Below, one piece after another: positions 17,872 through 26,651 of a DNA stretch of 64,000 bases. Source of the stretch: an uncultured Ignavibacteria bacterium (GTDB taxonomy: Bacteria; Bacteroidota; Ignavibacteria; Tepidaquicellales; OLB5); the NCBI GenBank assembly GCA_963816535.1, contig CAWFKW010000007.1:85675-149674 (forward strand), given 5' to 3'. A program made the position numbers and the translations under genes. The notes under the pieces are model-generated. The model was not told the DNA's origin, did not search any database, and was given only the letters and a program-made list of their open reading frames with translations. How positions within the stretch are numbered: position 1 is the first letter of the stretch; each line of letters begins with the position of its first letter.

Positions 17872-18276
17872 TCACTTTTCACTTTTGCCTTTTTTCATCG
17901 CTTCTTTTACCATCTTCTCAAGGACTTTCAGGTCAATATCTTCAATCCGGTTGATGTATATGCAGCCCTTGCCTGTTTTGGATTTTTTAGGGTCTTTAAA
18001 CAGCTTTTCGGAATGCGCTACGCCGTACAAAACCAGGTTTTGTTTGCGGGGCGAGAATCCTGCATAAAACCAATTGAGTTCCCTACCGTTTGGGTACGTC
18101 AGTTTATAATCGCCGAAGCCTATAATGGCGTTTCCCCACATTTTAGGCTCATGTTTTGTGGCGTTGGTCATTATATCAAGCAAAACAAGCGCGTCATCTT
18201 TTCTTTTTTTGTCATTTACAGAATTAATGAATTTCAGAACGTTTGAGTCAGTTTTTTGTGTTTTGAGTTGAGGCAT
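17872..18276 (-). CDS. DUF1801 (YdhG-like) domain protein
   Basis: 134 aa. Contains ..VLKFINSVNDKKRKDDALVLLDIM...PKMWGNAIIGFGDY...FSPRKQNLVLY.., typical DUF1801. Confidence 0.75.
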   Translation of the reverse strand: MPQLKTQKTDSNVLKFINSVNDKKRKDDALVLLDIMTNATKHEPKMWGNAIIGFGDYKLTYPNGRELNWFYAGFSPRKQNLVLYGVAHSEKLFKDPKKSKTGKGCIYINRIEDIDLKVLEKMVKEAMKKGKSEK

Positions 18277-18515
18277 TGGTTATTAGTTTATTGGTTGATT
18301 TAGTTAAATAGTCAATAAAGATAATAAAAAATCAGGGAAAAGAAAAGCAGACACTGATTTGACCGATTGACGCGGATCGAACCCGCCAAAACAATTCATA
18401 AAAAAGGTATTATTATATCAGTCGTAGCAAGTCTTGGATGGCAGCTTCACTCCCCATCTATGAGTCCACGGCTCGTTAAGTCATAAACTATTAACAAGGA
18501 AAAAGAGTGGATTTA

Positions 18516-19055
18516 TTAATGCAGATCCTTTGGATTATGCTCTTTCAGAAAGTTTTCAAGAACCATTTTTTTTACATTAGCCGGTGTTTGTCCGATATTA
18601 CATTCGTCAAATTCCGGAGAGGTAGCTCCTATCAGGCCGCCGACCATTGCAGATACGCCGCCTACCAATATGCCGGAGATCAGTCCGGCTGCCCAGGGCG
18701 ATGACATAAAATTGTGGCTTGGGCTGTCGCCGCTTCCGGCAAAGACGCCGGCAATAAAGCCGATGACAAATCCGCCGCTGGCTCCAATAATTAATCCCTG
18801 CTGACTCAGTGTTCCGGATTTTATGCGGATGAGCTTGAGGTCGTTTAAAGAAAAAAGCTCCGTGTATTCAAAAGAAGATACTGCAACCGTATCGTTTTTG
18901 ATCGAGATCCTGTTTGCACCCGGGAACAGGTATGTTTCTTCCGCCGCCATTTTGCTTTGTATTTCAACATCATCAATAACATATACCGAATCAGTTTGAG
19001 CGCAAAGTTCAAAGCATCCGCAAAAAAGCGCAACGAGGATAAACTTAATTTTCAT
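18516..19055 (-). CDS. Secreted/lipoprotein-like protein with C-terminal glycine-zipper segments (paralog 1)
   Basis: 179 aa with a signal peptide (MKIKFILVALFCGCFELCAQ). Gly-zipper stretches GLIIGASGGFVIGFIAGVFAGSG and AAGLISGILVGGVSAMVGGLIG. Homologous to 19142-19678. Confidence 0.7.
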   Translation of the reverse strand: MKIKFILVALFCGCFELCAQTDSVYVIDDVEIQSKMAAEETYLFPGANRISIKNDTVAVSSFEYTELFSLNDLKLIRIKSGTLSQQGLIIGASGGFVIGFIAGVFAGSGDSPSHNFMSSPWAAGLISGILVGGVSAMVGGLIGATSPEFDECNIGQTPANVKKMVLENFLKEHNPKDLH

Positions 19056-19141
19056 CAGCCAGTTCGATAATTCTCAGCAAAAACAGCAATGGTCCCGCAA
19101 GGCGGGATTTTTAGTCAATTACAGAAGAATCGCCTGAGAGC

Positions 19142-19678
19142 CTATTGCTCGATGCTGTGTTTCTTAATGAAACCGATGAGCGCATCTCTTTTGGAATTTT
19201 CAGGGATCTTACCGATCCCGGCATCTTTAAAAACAGGCGCTCCTTCGCCAATCAATCCGCCCACTACGGCGCAGACGCCGCCGATAATGACGCCGCCCAG
19301 CAAGCCGACTCCCCATTTTGTCGATGTCAGGCCATCGCCACCGTTATCGCCTCCGCTGGAGATCATCCCGCTTATAAATCCTAAAAGGAATCCGCCAACG
19401 CCGCCTATAATCACTCCCTGTTTTCCATGAGAGCTGGTTTGAACGCGTACATCCCGAAGGTCGCCCAATGAGAATTCACGGCTTTCGAATGAGTTAGATA
19501 TCATCAGGGAATTTGAAGTAACCGTCACGTTATTCATTCCGCTAAATGAATAAATATTGTTTGGTTTCAGGGTTGTTTGGATGTCAACATCATCTGTCAG
19601 AAATGTTGAATCGGTTTGTGCTATTGCATCAATGGAACAGCACAGCAAAACAATAAGGATGAATTTCATTTTCATCAT
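19142..19678 (-). CDS. Secreted/lipoprotein-like protein with C-terminal glycine-zipper segments (paralog 2)
   Basis: 178 aa. Same architecture (QTDS..DDV.IQ.. N-terminal domain; GVIIGGVGGFLLGFISGMISSGG; GLLGGVIIGGVCAVVGGLIG). Confidence 0.7.
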   Translation of the reverse strand: MMKMKFILIVLLCCSIDAIAQTDSTFLTDDVDIQTTLKPNNIYSFSGMNNVTVTSNSLMISNSFESREFSLGDLRDVRVQTSSHGKQGVIIGGVGGFLLGFISGMISSGGDNGGDGLTSTKWGVGLLGGVIIGGVCAVVGGLIGEGAPVFKDAGIGKIPENSKRDALIGFIKKHSIEQ

Positions 19679-19694
19679 GAATATTCAGTGTAAA

Positions 19695-19743
19695 ATTAAC
19701 AAAAAAGGGAAATAGCTTCACAATGATGTGAAGCATAATTCCC
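19695..19743 (-). terminator. Strong intrinsic terminator-like hairpin
   Basis: On the minus strand: gggaattatgcttcaca-tcat-tgtgaagctatttccc followed by TTTTTTG. Plus-strand hairpin at 19707-19743, A-run at 19701-19706. Confidence 0.7.
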
Positions 19744-20014
19744 TTTGGTTACACAAATATAATTAAATATTTAGAAAAAGGGAGAAAAAAAATACCGTGA
19801 TTACGTTAATTGGGATAATTGGTTAAATAGTAAAAAAAAATTCACAAGGCACGAAGACACAAAGTGGCGATTAATAAAATACGGCATCTATCGTCCCATT
19901 AGAGCAGCAATTTCGTAGGGCTGAAATTTATCCTCTATTAAAATTTAAATTATTAGATTCCCGATCCCGCCTAACAAAACGGCGGGCAGGCGAGTCGGGA
20001 ATGACAAGCAAAAC

Positions 20015-20048
20015 AACCTGTAACTTGTAACCTGTAACTTGTAACCTG
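20015..20048. repeat. 14-nt tandem repeat (aacctgtaacttgt x ~2.4)
   Basis: Read directly from the sequence. Adjacent to a cccgcc...ggcggg / gggaatgac hairpin at ~19962-20005. Confidence 0.85.
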
Positions 20049-20135
20049 CGACTGGTTTCATCATTTAATCCGCAATCGACATTCCGCAATCCGAAATCGA
20101 GAGATTGCTTCGTCGCTGGCGCTCCCCGCAAATTG

Positions 20136-22082
20136 TTACTCTTCGTCTTCGCGCAAATGCTCAAGCGTTGAAAAATCTTCAAGCGTGGTTGTATCTCCGG
20201 TGACTTTTCCCTGCGTTGCTATTTCACGAAGCAGGCGCCGCATAATTTTGCCGCTGCGGGTTTTTGGCAAAGCTTCTGTAAAGCGAATTTCATCGGGCCT
20301 GGCCAGAGAGCCTATTTGTTTCACAACCCATTCTTTCAGTTCTGAGTTAAGCTCATCGCTCGGTTTGTATTTGCTTTCAAGCGTTACAAAAGCAAATATC
20401 GCGCTGCCTTTCAGGTCGTCGGGCCTGCCGACCACAGCGCTTTCGGCGACTTTCGGGTGCGCGACCAGCGCCGATTCAACTTCCGCGGTCCCGATCCTGT
20501 GTCCGCTTACATTAATAACATCATCAACTCTTCCCATTATCCAGAAGTACCCGTCTTTATCGCGCCGCGCGCCGTCGCCCGTGAAGTACACGCCTTTGAA
20601 CTCGCTCCAGTACTGCTTCTTGTAGCGTTCATCATCGCCCCAGATAGTTCTCAGCATTGCGGGCCACGGATGCTTGCAAACAAAATAGCCGCCTTCGTTT
20701 ACTTTAGCTTTATGCCCTTCTTTTGAAACCACTTCCATCTGGATGCCGAAGAACGGAAGCGTAGCGGTTCCCGGTTTTGTCGGCGTAGCGCCGGGCAGCG
20801 GCGTAACCATGATTGCTCCGGTTTCGGTCTGCCACCAGGTATCAACTATCGGGCATTTACCTTTGCCGATAACTTTATAATACCACATCCACGCTTCGGG
20901 ATTAATGGGTTCGCCCACCGTTCCAAGAAGCCTGAGCGAATCTAATTTATGCCGAAGCGGCCATTCCTCCCCCCACTTAATGAATGCGCGTATAGCCGTA
21001 GGCGCAGTGTAGAAAATATTTACTTTGTACTTATCTATGATTTCCCAGAACCTGTCGGGATTCGGAAAATTCGGGGCGCCTTCGTACATTAAAGTAGTGG
21101 CGCCGTTTTGAAGCGGCCCGTAAATAACATACGAGTGACCGGTCACCCATCCCGCATCGGCTGTGCACCAGTAAACGTCTTCATCTTTCAGGTCAAAAAC
21201 GTATTTTGTAGTGATGTAAGTCATAACCGAATAGCCGCCGGTTGTATGCAAAATTCCTTTTGGCTTACCGGTTGTGCCGCTGGTGTAGAGTATGTAAAGC
21301 GGGTGCTCCGAATCCAGCTGCTCGGCCGGGCAAACATCATCAACGCCCTGCATCAATTCATGATACCAGTGGTCGCGTCCGTAATGCATCTGTATTTCCT
21401 GCCCGGTGCGCTGAACAACAATAACATTTTCAATTGTAGGACAATTGGGCATGGCCTCATCAACGTTTGCTTTCAGATTAATTATTGTTCCCCTGCGGTA
21501 ACAACCGTCTGAGGTGATAACCATCTTCGCTTCGGCGTCGTTAATTCTGTCAACCAGCGCAGAGGCGGAGAATCCGCCGAACACTATAGAATGCACAGCG
21601 CCAATTCTGGTACAGGCGAGCATCGCAACGGCAATTTCAGGAATCATCGGCATGTAGATGCAGACCCTGTCGCCTTTCATGATTCCCATTTTCTTCAGCG
21701 CGTTCGAGAATTTACAGACCTGGCGGAAGAGTTCCTGGTAGGTCCAGGTAGCGGTTTCACCGTTTTCTCCTTCCCAGATAATTGCGGCTTTATTTCTGCG
21801 CCATGATGAAATGTGCCTATCGAGGCAGTTATAGCTCATGTTTATTTTGCCGCCGACAAACCACTTAGAGTGCGGGGCTTTCCAATCGAGAACCTTTTTC
21901 CATCTCCTGAACCAGTAAAGCTCTTCGGCAATTTTAGCCCAGAATTTTTCGGGATGTTTAATTGACTCCGCGTACATTTTTTTGTACTGGGCCATAGATT
22001 TAATATGCGCTCGCGCGGAAAACGGCGCCTTTGGCTTGAAAACTCTTTTTTCTCTTTCTAATGAAGTTATACGTTGGTCCAT
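20136..22082 (-). CDS. acs: Acetyl-CoA synthetase (acetate-CoA ligase, AMP-forming)
   Basis: 648 aa. AMP-binding signature [11 protein letters not shown] and full-length similarity to Acs (..WWQTETG.., ..[13 protein letters not shown].., ..[12 protein letters not shown]..). Confidence 0.96.
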   Translation of the reverse strand: MDQRITSLEREKRVFKPKAPFSARAHIKSMAQYKKMYAESIKHPEKFWAKIAEELYWFRRWKKVLDWKAPHSKWFVGGKINMSYNCLDRHISSWRRNKAAIIWEGENGETATWTYQELFRQVCKFSNALKKMGIMKGDRVCIYMPMIPEIAVAMLACTRIGAVHSIVFGGFSASALVDRINDAEAKMVITSDGCYRRGTIINLKANVDEAMPNCPTIENVIVVQRTGQEIQMHYGRDHWYHELMQGVDDVCPAEQLDSEHPLYILYTSGTTGKPKGILHTTGGYSVMTYITTKYVFDLKDEDVYWCTADAGWVTGHSYVIYGPLQNGATTLMYEGAPNFPNPDRFWEIIDKYKVNIFYTAPTAIRAFIKWGEEWPLRHKLDSLRLLGTVGEPINPEAWMWYYKVIGKGKCPIVDTWWQTETGAIMVTPLPGATPTKPGTATLPFFGIQMEVVSKEGHKAKVNEGGYFVCKHPWPAMLRTIWGDDERYKKQYWSEFKGVYFTGDGARRDKDGYFWIMGRVDDVINVSGHRIGTAEVESALVAHPKVAESAVVGRPDDLKGSAIFAFVTLESKYKPSDELNSELKEWVVKQIGSLARPDEIRFTEALPKTRSGKIMRRLLREIATQGKVTGDTTTLEDFSTLEHLREDEE

Positions 22083-22209
22083 AAAATATTCAGTAATAGT
22101 TTAATTGAAGTGAAAGTAAGCAATAATACGGGGTTTTTGTAAAAGTTTCCAGAGATTAGCAGATTATTGAGACTTGGTTTTAGCCAAGCCGAAATCCCGC
22201 TTGCGGGAT

Positions 22210-22254
22210 CAGATTGAAGATTATCAGATTGAAGATTATTAGATTGAAGATTAA
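22210..22254. repeat. 15-nt tandem repeat (cagattgaagattat x3)
   Basis: Copies at 22210-22224, 22225-22239 and 22240-22254 (third copy tagattgaagattaa). Preceded by the hairpin atcccgc-ttgc-gggat. Confidence 0.9.
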
Positions 22255-22279
22255 GGAGATGGGTCTATACTAAAACTCA

Positions 22280-22316
22280 GACCACCCCTAACCCCCTTCT
22301 TATAAAAGGAGGTGGG
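22280..22316. repeat. GC-rich hairpin repeat (family B, opposite orientation)
   Basis: gaccacccctaacccccttcttataaaaggaggtggg aligns with the reverse complement of 6459-6494. Confidence 0.8.
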
Positions 22317-22391
22317 AACAATTTCTAAACTATTTTTTATTTTTGTTTCAATTCGTAGCACGAACTTAAAGTCGTGCCACGAAGCTTGTAA

Positions 22392-23246
22392 TTATTTATC
22401 GCCGGCTTTTTTAATTGGGTCCACGGTTTGATCTATGCAATTGCTTCCGAATTCTTTTTTGGACCACTCGGACCTTACAGTTAAGCAAAGGTGATAATCA
22501 CCTGGCGGAAACACACCGCTTGCAAGTATCGAGTCTCTTTTTTGTTCCATTTTGAAACGGTTCCAGACAGAATGTTTCCAGGTTGATGACACGTCCTGCG
22601 TTTCACCCGGTTTAATGCTGAACGCGCGGGAGCAAGCTTCGAGCATAGTTTCGCCATCATAAGTCAGAATGATATACACTTCGACAATTTGTTTAAACTT
22701 TGATTTATTAGTAATCGTAGAATTCCACAGGTCATCAAGCGCTAATTGTCCTTTTGGCGGCTGTTTGGCTTTAATTTCCAGGACGGCATCATTCTCGTAA
22801 TTATCGACTGTGTGATTGACGCATGTATTCCCAAGCGGATTATTAAAATCCGGCTGGTTCTTTGTATTTGCCGCATACGCCGTCATGCAGATCTTATAAT
22901 CGCCGATCAGGAAATCATTTTCGCGTATTATCATGCCTTCTTTAATATTGCTGTACCAGCCTTTCAGCGGCGGCTCTTCGAATTTTAGATCAATGTCGAT
23001 CGATTCACCGGAAGCAATTGAATAATTTTTAGTCGAGCTTTTATATAACAATGTATCGTTATATGTTACGTCTAATGTAAAGCAAACATTTTGATTGTCC
23101 TTACCTTTGTTTACCGCGTCAAACTTCCATAGGTCGTTTCCGTTAAGCGTTCCTTTTGGAAAATCTTTAAATTTGATCTCGATCTGCGAATATGATACTG
23201 CAGCAAACATTACAAACAATAAAAGAAATGATAATACTTTTTTCAT
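22392..23246 (-). CDS. Secreted hypothetical protein with an internal two-domain duplication
   Basis: 284 aa with a signal peptide. Two ~130-aa homologous halves: EIKFKDFPKGTLNGNDLW...SIASGESIDI...GDYKICMTA...GNTCVNHTVD and EIKAKQPPKGQLALDDLW...SIKPGETQDV...GDYHLCLTV...GSNCIDQTVD. Confidence 0.7.
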   Translation of the reverse strand: MKKVLSFLLLFVMFAAVSYSQIEIKFKDFPKGTLNGNDLWKFDAVNKGKDNQNVCFTLDVTYNDTLLYKSSTKNYSIASGESIDIDLKFEEPPLKGWYSNIKEGMIIRENDFLIGDYKICMTAYAANTKNQPDFNNPLGNTCVNHTVDNYENDAVLEIKAKQPPKGQLALDDLWNSTITNKSKFKQIVEVYIILTYDGETMLEACSRAFSIKPGETQDVSSTWKHSVWNRFKMEQKRDSILASGVFPPGDYHLCLTVRSEWSKKEFGSNCIDQTVDPIKKAGDK

Positions 23247-23325
23247 GACAATTGCCGGTTAGTTAGATTACGAATTTTTAGAATCTGTAAACATAACGCC
23301 TTTTTGCAAGAAATTCAATAACTTA

Positions 23326-23363
23326 CAATAAAAAACCTGCCTCCGTAATGTCAGAAGCAGGTT
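23326..23363 (-). terminator. Intrinsic terminator after the 23423-24136 gene
   Basis: aacctgc (23334-23340) pairs with gcaggtt (23357-23363). A T-run follows on the minus strand (plus-strand A-run 23331-23335). Confidence 0.6.
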
Positions 23364-23422
23364 AACAATTATTATGATTTTTAATCGAATATATTCATCC
23401 GGAGCTGTACAAAATTGAACAT

Positions 23423-24136
23423 CTAGTAATCCCGATAAATATAATCAGAAAGCCGTTCCGGCTGCGGTCCGCCGTTATAATACCATTTAGCGCTCGCGTT
23501 AGGCTCGGTGTTTGATTCAGAAATTTTGGTTGGCTGTCCTCCATAGACATCGGTATAGAGAATGACCACTTTGTTCCAGCATGCCAGTCCGTTGACCGAG
23601 GCATTTACCGTATCGTGAATCAATGAACCGCATACACTTGTACCGTTCAGTGTAAATGCTACAGTAGAATAAACAAAAGCATCGACAAATTCGCCTGCTG
23701 CATACCCGTTTGTATCGTAATTACTTCTAAGCAGCGCTCCTATCTGCGTATTAGTACTGTCATAAACTTCAAAAAAGGCGACGGCTAGTTTTGCGCCTGC
23801 GGGATAGGTGATAGTGGGATGGCAAGTCGTATCAACGACAGGAGTCAGCAAGCCTCCGGCAGGAGGGGTGGTAAGATTTATGGAAAAGGCTCCCGTTGAA
23901 TTGATCGTGCCGGTATCAACAACATACCTGTTCGTATGCGAGTAGTCATAAACGGCAAGATACAAATATACTTTACCAGTATGCGTCCAGTTAAAGATCT
24001 GGCCGCTCAGGCTTGTCACACAACTGCCGCCGCTGTTAGTAGTGGTAGTGTTTGTGGTGGTGTCACTGTTGCAGGAATATACAATAACTAACGCAACAAG
24101 CGCCACTAAAGCCGCAAAATGAATGGTTGTCTTCAT
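23423..24136 (-). CDS. Hypothetical lipoprotein
   Basis: 237 aa. Signal peptide plus lipobox-like ..LVIVYSCNSD. Thr/Asn-rich linker. No recognised family. Confidence 0.65.
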   Translation of the reverse strand: MKTTIHFAALVALVALVIVYSCNSDTTTNTTTTNSGGSCVTSLSGQIFNWTHTGKVYLYLAVYDYSHTNRYVVDTGTINSTGAFSINLTTPPAGGLLTPVVDTTCHPTITYPAGAKLAVAFFEVYDSTNTQIGALLRSNYDTNGYAAGEFVDAFVYSTVAFTLNGTSVCGSLIHDTVNASVNGLACWNKVVILYTDVYGGQPTKISESNTEPNASAKWYYNGGPQPERLSDYIYRDY

Positions 24137-24297
24137 TTTATTCCTTTGTTTAATTGATAAAAAACTGCTTATTGACTTAGCGCAAATTTAACACATTTAA
24201 ATTTTACAAACATTTCTGAATTGAAACAGTTTAGAAGCTGACCTCTTTATAATATCTCCACCTTATTAGTAAGGGGGAGACGAAAAAGAGCTTTCCC

Positions 24298-26286
24298 CTA
24301 TTTAATAAGCATCATTTTCCTCGTTTGAACGTAACCATCAGTACGCATAGTATAAAAATAAACGCCCGATGGATAATCAGCCGCGTTCCATTGGATCTCA
24401 TACGAGCCCTGCTGTAGCTGCGAATTTACAAGTTCCGCAACTTTCTTTCCGGTAATGTCATAGACTGTAACTTTTACAAAACCGGTCTTAACTACCTGCA
24501 AACCAATTTTAGTTGAAGGATTAAACGGATTAGGATAATTTTGCTTCAAACTAAAACCACCAGGAACATCCTGCGATATATTCCTGACTGAAACCAAAGT
24601 TGAAGTAAGATCTAATGTCAGAGTCCATGCATTCAAAGTTCCGGTGTGTCCCGTGGTTCTGTCATATACTTTCAGTATCCATGCGCCTGAGGGATCGAAG
24701 TTAATAAACTGTGAGAGCGGTTTGGTTGGCCTGAAATTTCCAGTAAATGGAGGCGCTCCGTTTGAAATTAAAGTTAATGATGAATCACTTAGAGCTGTGC
24801 CAATAAAATTAGCCCCGCTTCCGCCAAGCTGATATATTAATGTATCTGTATTGGTAAAATGTAATAATGATATTTCAAGGTCTCCGTCATTTGGATAAAT
24901 AATTGTATCAATTGAAACATTAACGTACGAAACATAATAAGAAGATAGATCGCTGCCGGCGACTGTTATTGTATCCAGCGTACTTTGGTTTCCCTGAATT
25001 ATTCCATTCAAATTACTGTGAGAGTTTACTAAAATATAATTCGAGGGTACAAAGACCCAGACCGCCCCGGCATTTGTATTATCGGCGACCCCGCCATCTA
25101 AAACGGTAACCCCGTCTGACGAAATAGCAACAGATGTGCCCTGCCCCGAAAATCCGATTGCGCCTGTGCCGGCAAGTTTTGAACCAAACTGCGACCAAAC
25201 GTTGCCGCTGCGGGTAAAAGACCAGATTGCGCCTGCTCCGCTATTATCTGCAGGGCCGCCGGCAACAAAAGTATTGCCGTCTGAAGAAATTGATACTGAA
25301 AGACCTAACTGGGGAGAACCATTCGCTCCGGCTCCGGTAAGTTTGGGACCCTGTTGATACCACAGACTGCCGCTCCGGGTAAATACCCAGACAGCCCCTG
25401 CATTATTATTATCATGGAAGGCGCCGACTATTGTTGTATTTCCATCAGAAGATGTTGCGACTGAAATCCCCTGCCCTGACATTCCACTACCTCCTTCGCC
25501 AACAAGCCTTGAGCCCTGCTGTTCCCATGCGCCGGACGTTCTGGTGAATACCCAAACCGCTCCTGTCTGGTTATTGTCATATGGTCCGCCTTCTATAGCG
25601 GTATTCCCGTTTGCAGAAATTGCAACCGAACTTCCCTGAGAAGCGCTTCCAACAGCTCCTGTTCCAATAAGCTTAGAACCCTGTTGAGTCCATACTCCCC
25701 CATTTCTGACAAATATCCAAACCGCCCCGGTGTTAGATTGATCATAAGAACCGCCTTCAATAATTGTATTACCATCAGAAGATATAGCAACAGAATATCC
25801 CTGCTGTGAATTAATTCCGCCGGTGCCTGCATGCTTTGTACCCTGTTGAGTCCACACGCCCGCAGATCGGGTAAAGATCCATATTGCTCCCAGGTATCCG
25901 TTATCTCCAATCCCACCTTCTACAACTGTATTTCCGTCAGAAGATATAGCAACCGAGTAACCCTGGTAGCCAGTTCCAACAACTCCAGTTCCAACAAGTT
26001 TAGCGCCTTGCTGAGTCCAGACGCCGCCGCTTCGTGTGTAAATCCAGATGGCTCCGGCAAATCCATTATCGCCAAAGCCGCCAACGACAGCGGTATTGCC
26101 GTCTGCTGAAATTGCAACTGAGTTGCCTTGATCAGTATTCCCTATTCCTTCGGAACCAACCAGTTTAGGACCCTGCTGAATAAATTGTGCATAAAGTAAG
26201 TTTGGGATAAAGATTCCGGCTAAGAGCAAGATAACCAATAATTTTTCTTTACCCGATAAAAATCGGGAGTTGTTGTTGTTTGCCAT
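24298..26286 (-). CDS. T9SS cargo protein: FG-GAP-like repeats + P-domain-like module + T9SS C-terminal sorting domain
   Basis: 662 aa. About 8-9 copies of a ~52-aa repeat (GAVW(I/V)FTRSGG.WTQQG.KL.GTGA.G...QG.SVAISSDGNT...GG..DN...). P-domain-like block (YPNDGDLEISLLH...GAWILKVYDRTTGHTGTLNAWTLTL) homologous to that of 6507-8360. [18 protein letters not shown]...GVYFYTM...RKMMLIK. Confidence 0.88.
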   Translation of the reverse strand: MANNNNSRFLSGKEKLLVILLLAGIFIPNLLYAQFIQQGPKLVGSEGIGNTDQGNSVAISADGNTAVVGGFGDNGFAGAIWIYTRSGGVWTQQGAKLVGTGVVGTGYQGYSVAISSDGNTVVEGGIGDNGYLGAIWIFTRSAGVWTQQGTKHAGTGGINSQQGYSVAISSDGNTIIEGGSYDQSNTGAVWIFVRNGGVWTQQGSKLIGTGAVGSASQGSSVAISANGNTAIEGGPYDNNQTGAVWVFTRTSGAWEQQGSRLVGEGGSGMSGQGISVATSSDGNTTIVGAFHDNNNAGAVWVFTRSGSLWYQQGPKLTGAGANGSPQLGLSVSISSDGNTFVAGGPADNSGAGAIWSFTRSGNVWSQFGSKLAGTGAIGFSGQGTSVAISSDGVTVLDGGVADNTNAGAVWVFVPSNYILVNSHSNLNGIIQGNQSTLDTITVAGSDLSSYYVSYVNVSIDTIIYPNDGDLEISLLHFTNTDTLIYQLGGSGANFIGTALSDSSLTLISNGAPPFTGNFRPTKPLSQFINFDPSGAWILKVYDRTTGHTGTLNAWTLTLDLTSTLVSVRNISQDVPGGFSLKQNYPNPFNPSTKIGLQVVKTGFVKVTVYDITGKKVAELVNSQLQQGSYEIQWNAADYPSGVYFYTMRTDGYVQTRKMMLIK

Positions 26287-26651
26287 TATGAAATTCTCCT
26301 TTGGTTTATTTTTTTAAAACTTCAAATTACGTTCTTAAGCAGAAAGTAATTGCGTTTCTAACAGGCTTTAAACTCCCATCCGTCACGTAAAAACCGGTAT
26401 AGGAGTTTTGCCTGCCCACTGTGAGATGGGAATTAAAATAGAAAAGTCAGTTACGAAGGTTTTTTCTCACAGTGTCTTTTAACGTGACGTAAAATACAGT
26501 TTGCAACCAACTCAATCCAAAGAAACTTTTAAAAGGTTGTCGGAAAAAGTCATTGATTGTGTAGCTGGTAAATGACCCTAAATAATTACGTTTTGAAGTA
26601 TTTTCTTAAAAAAGAACAACTTAAATTATCGGAAAATAAACGGCATGTTAA

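Noticed and set aside
18355-18400. tRNA-like T-arm on the minus strand (ggcgggttcgatccgcgtcaatcggtca)
   Set aside because: The T-stem pairs over only 4 bp with a shifted loop. No matching 5' acceptor strand, D-arm or anticodon arm lies within ~90 nt upstream. It is at best a decayed tRNA 3' fragment (a possible old att site), not a tRNA gene.
19928-20182. 84-aa minus-strand ORF downstream of acs
   Set aside because: It reads straight through the 14-nt tandem repeat (..LQVTGYKLQVV..) and the cccgcc/ggcggg hairpin, and it overlaps the acs 3' end. It is a translation artefact of repeat DNA.
22210-22254. Tandem repeats considered as mini-CRISPR arrays (also 20015-20048 and 33134-33190)
   Set aside because: The units are 14-15 nt and directly abutting with no spacers. 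There are only 2-3 copies and no cas genes.
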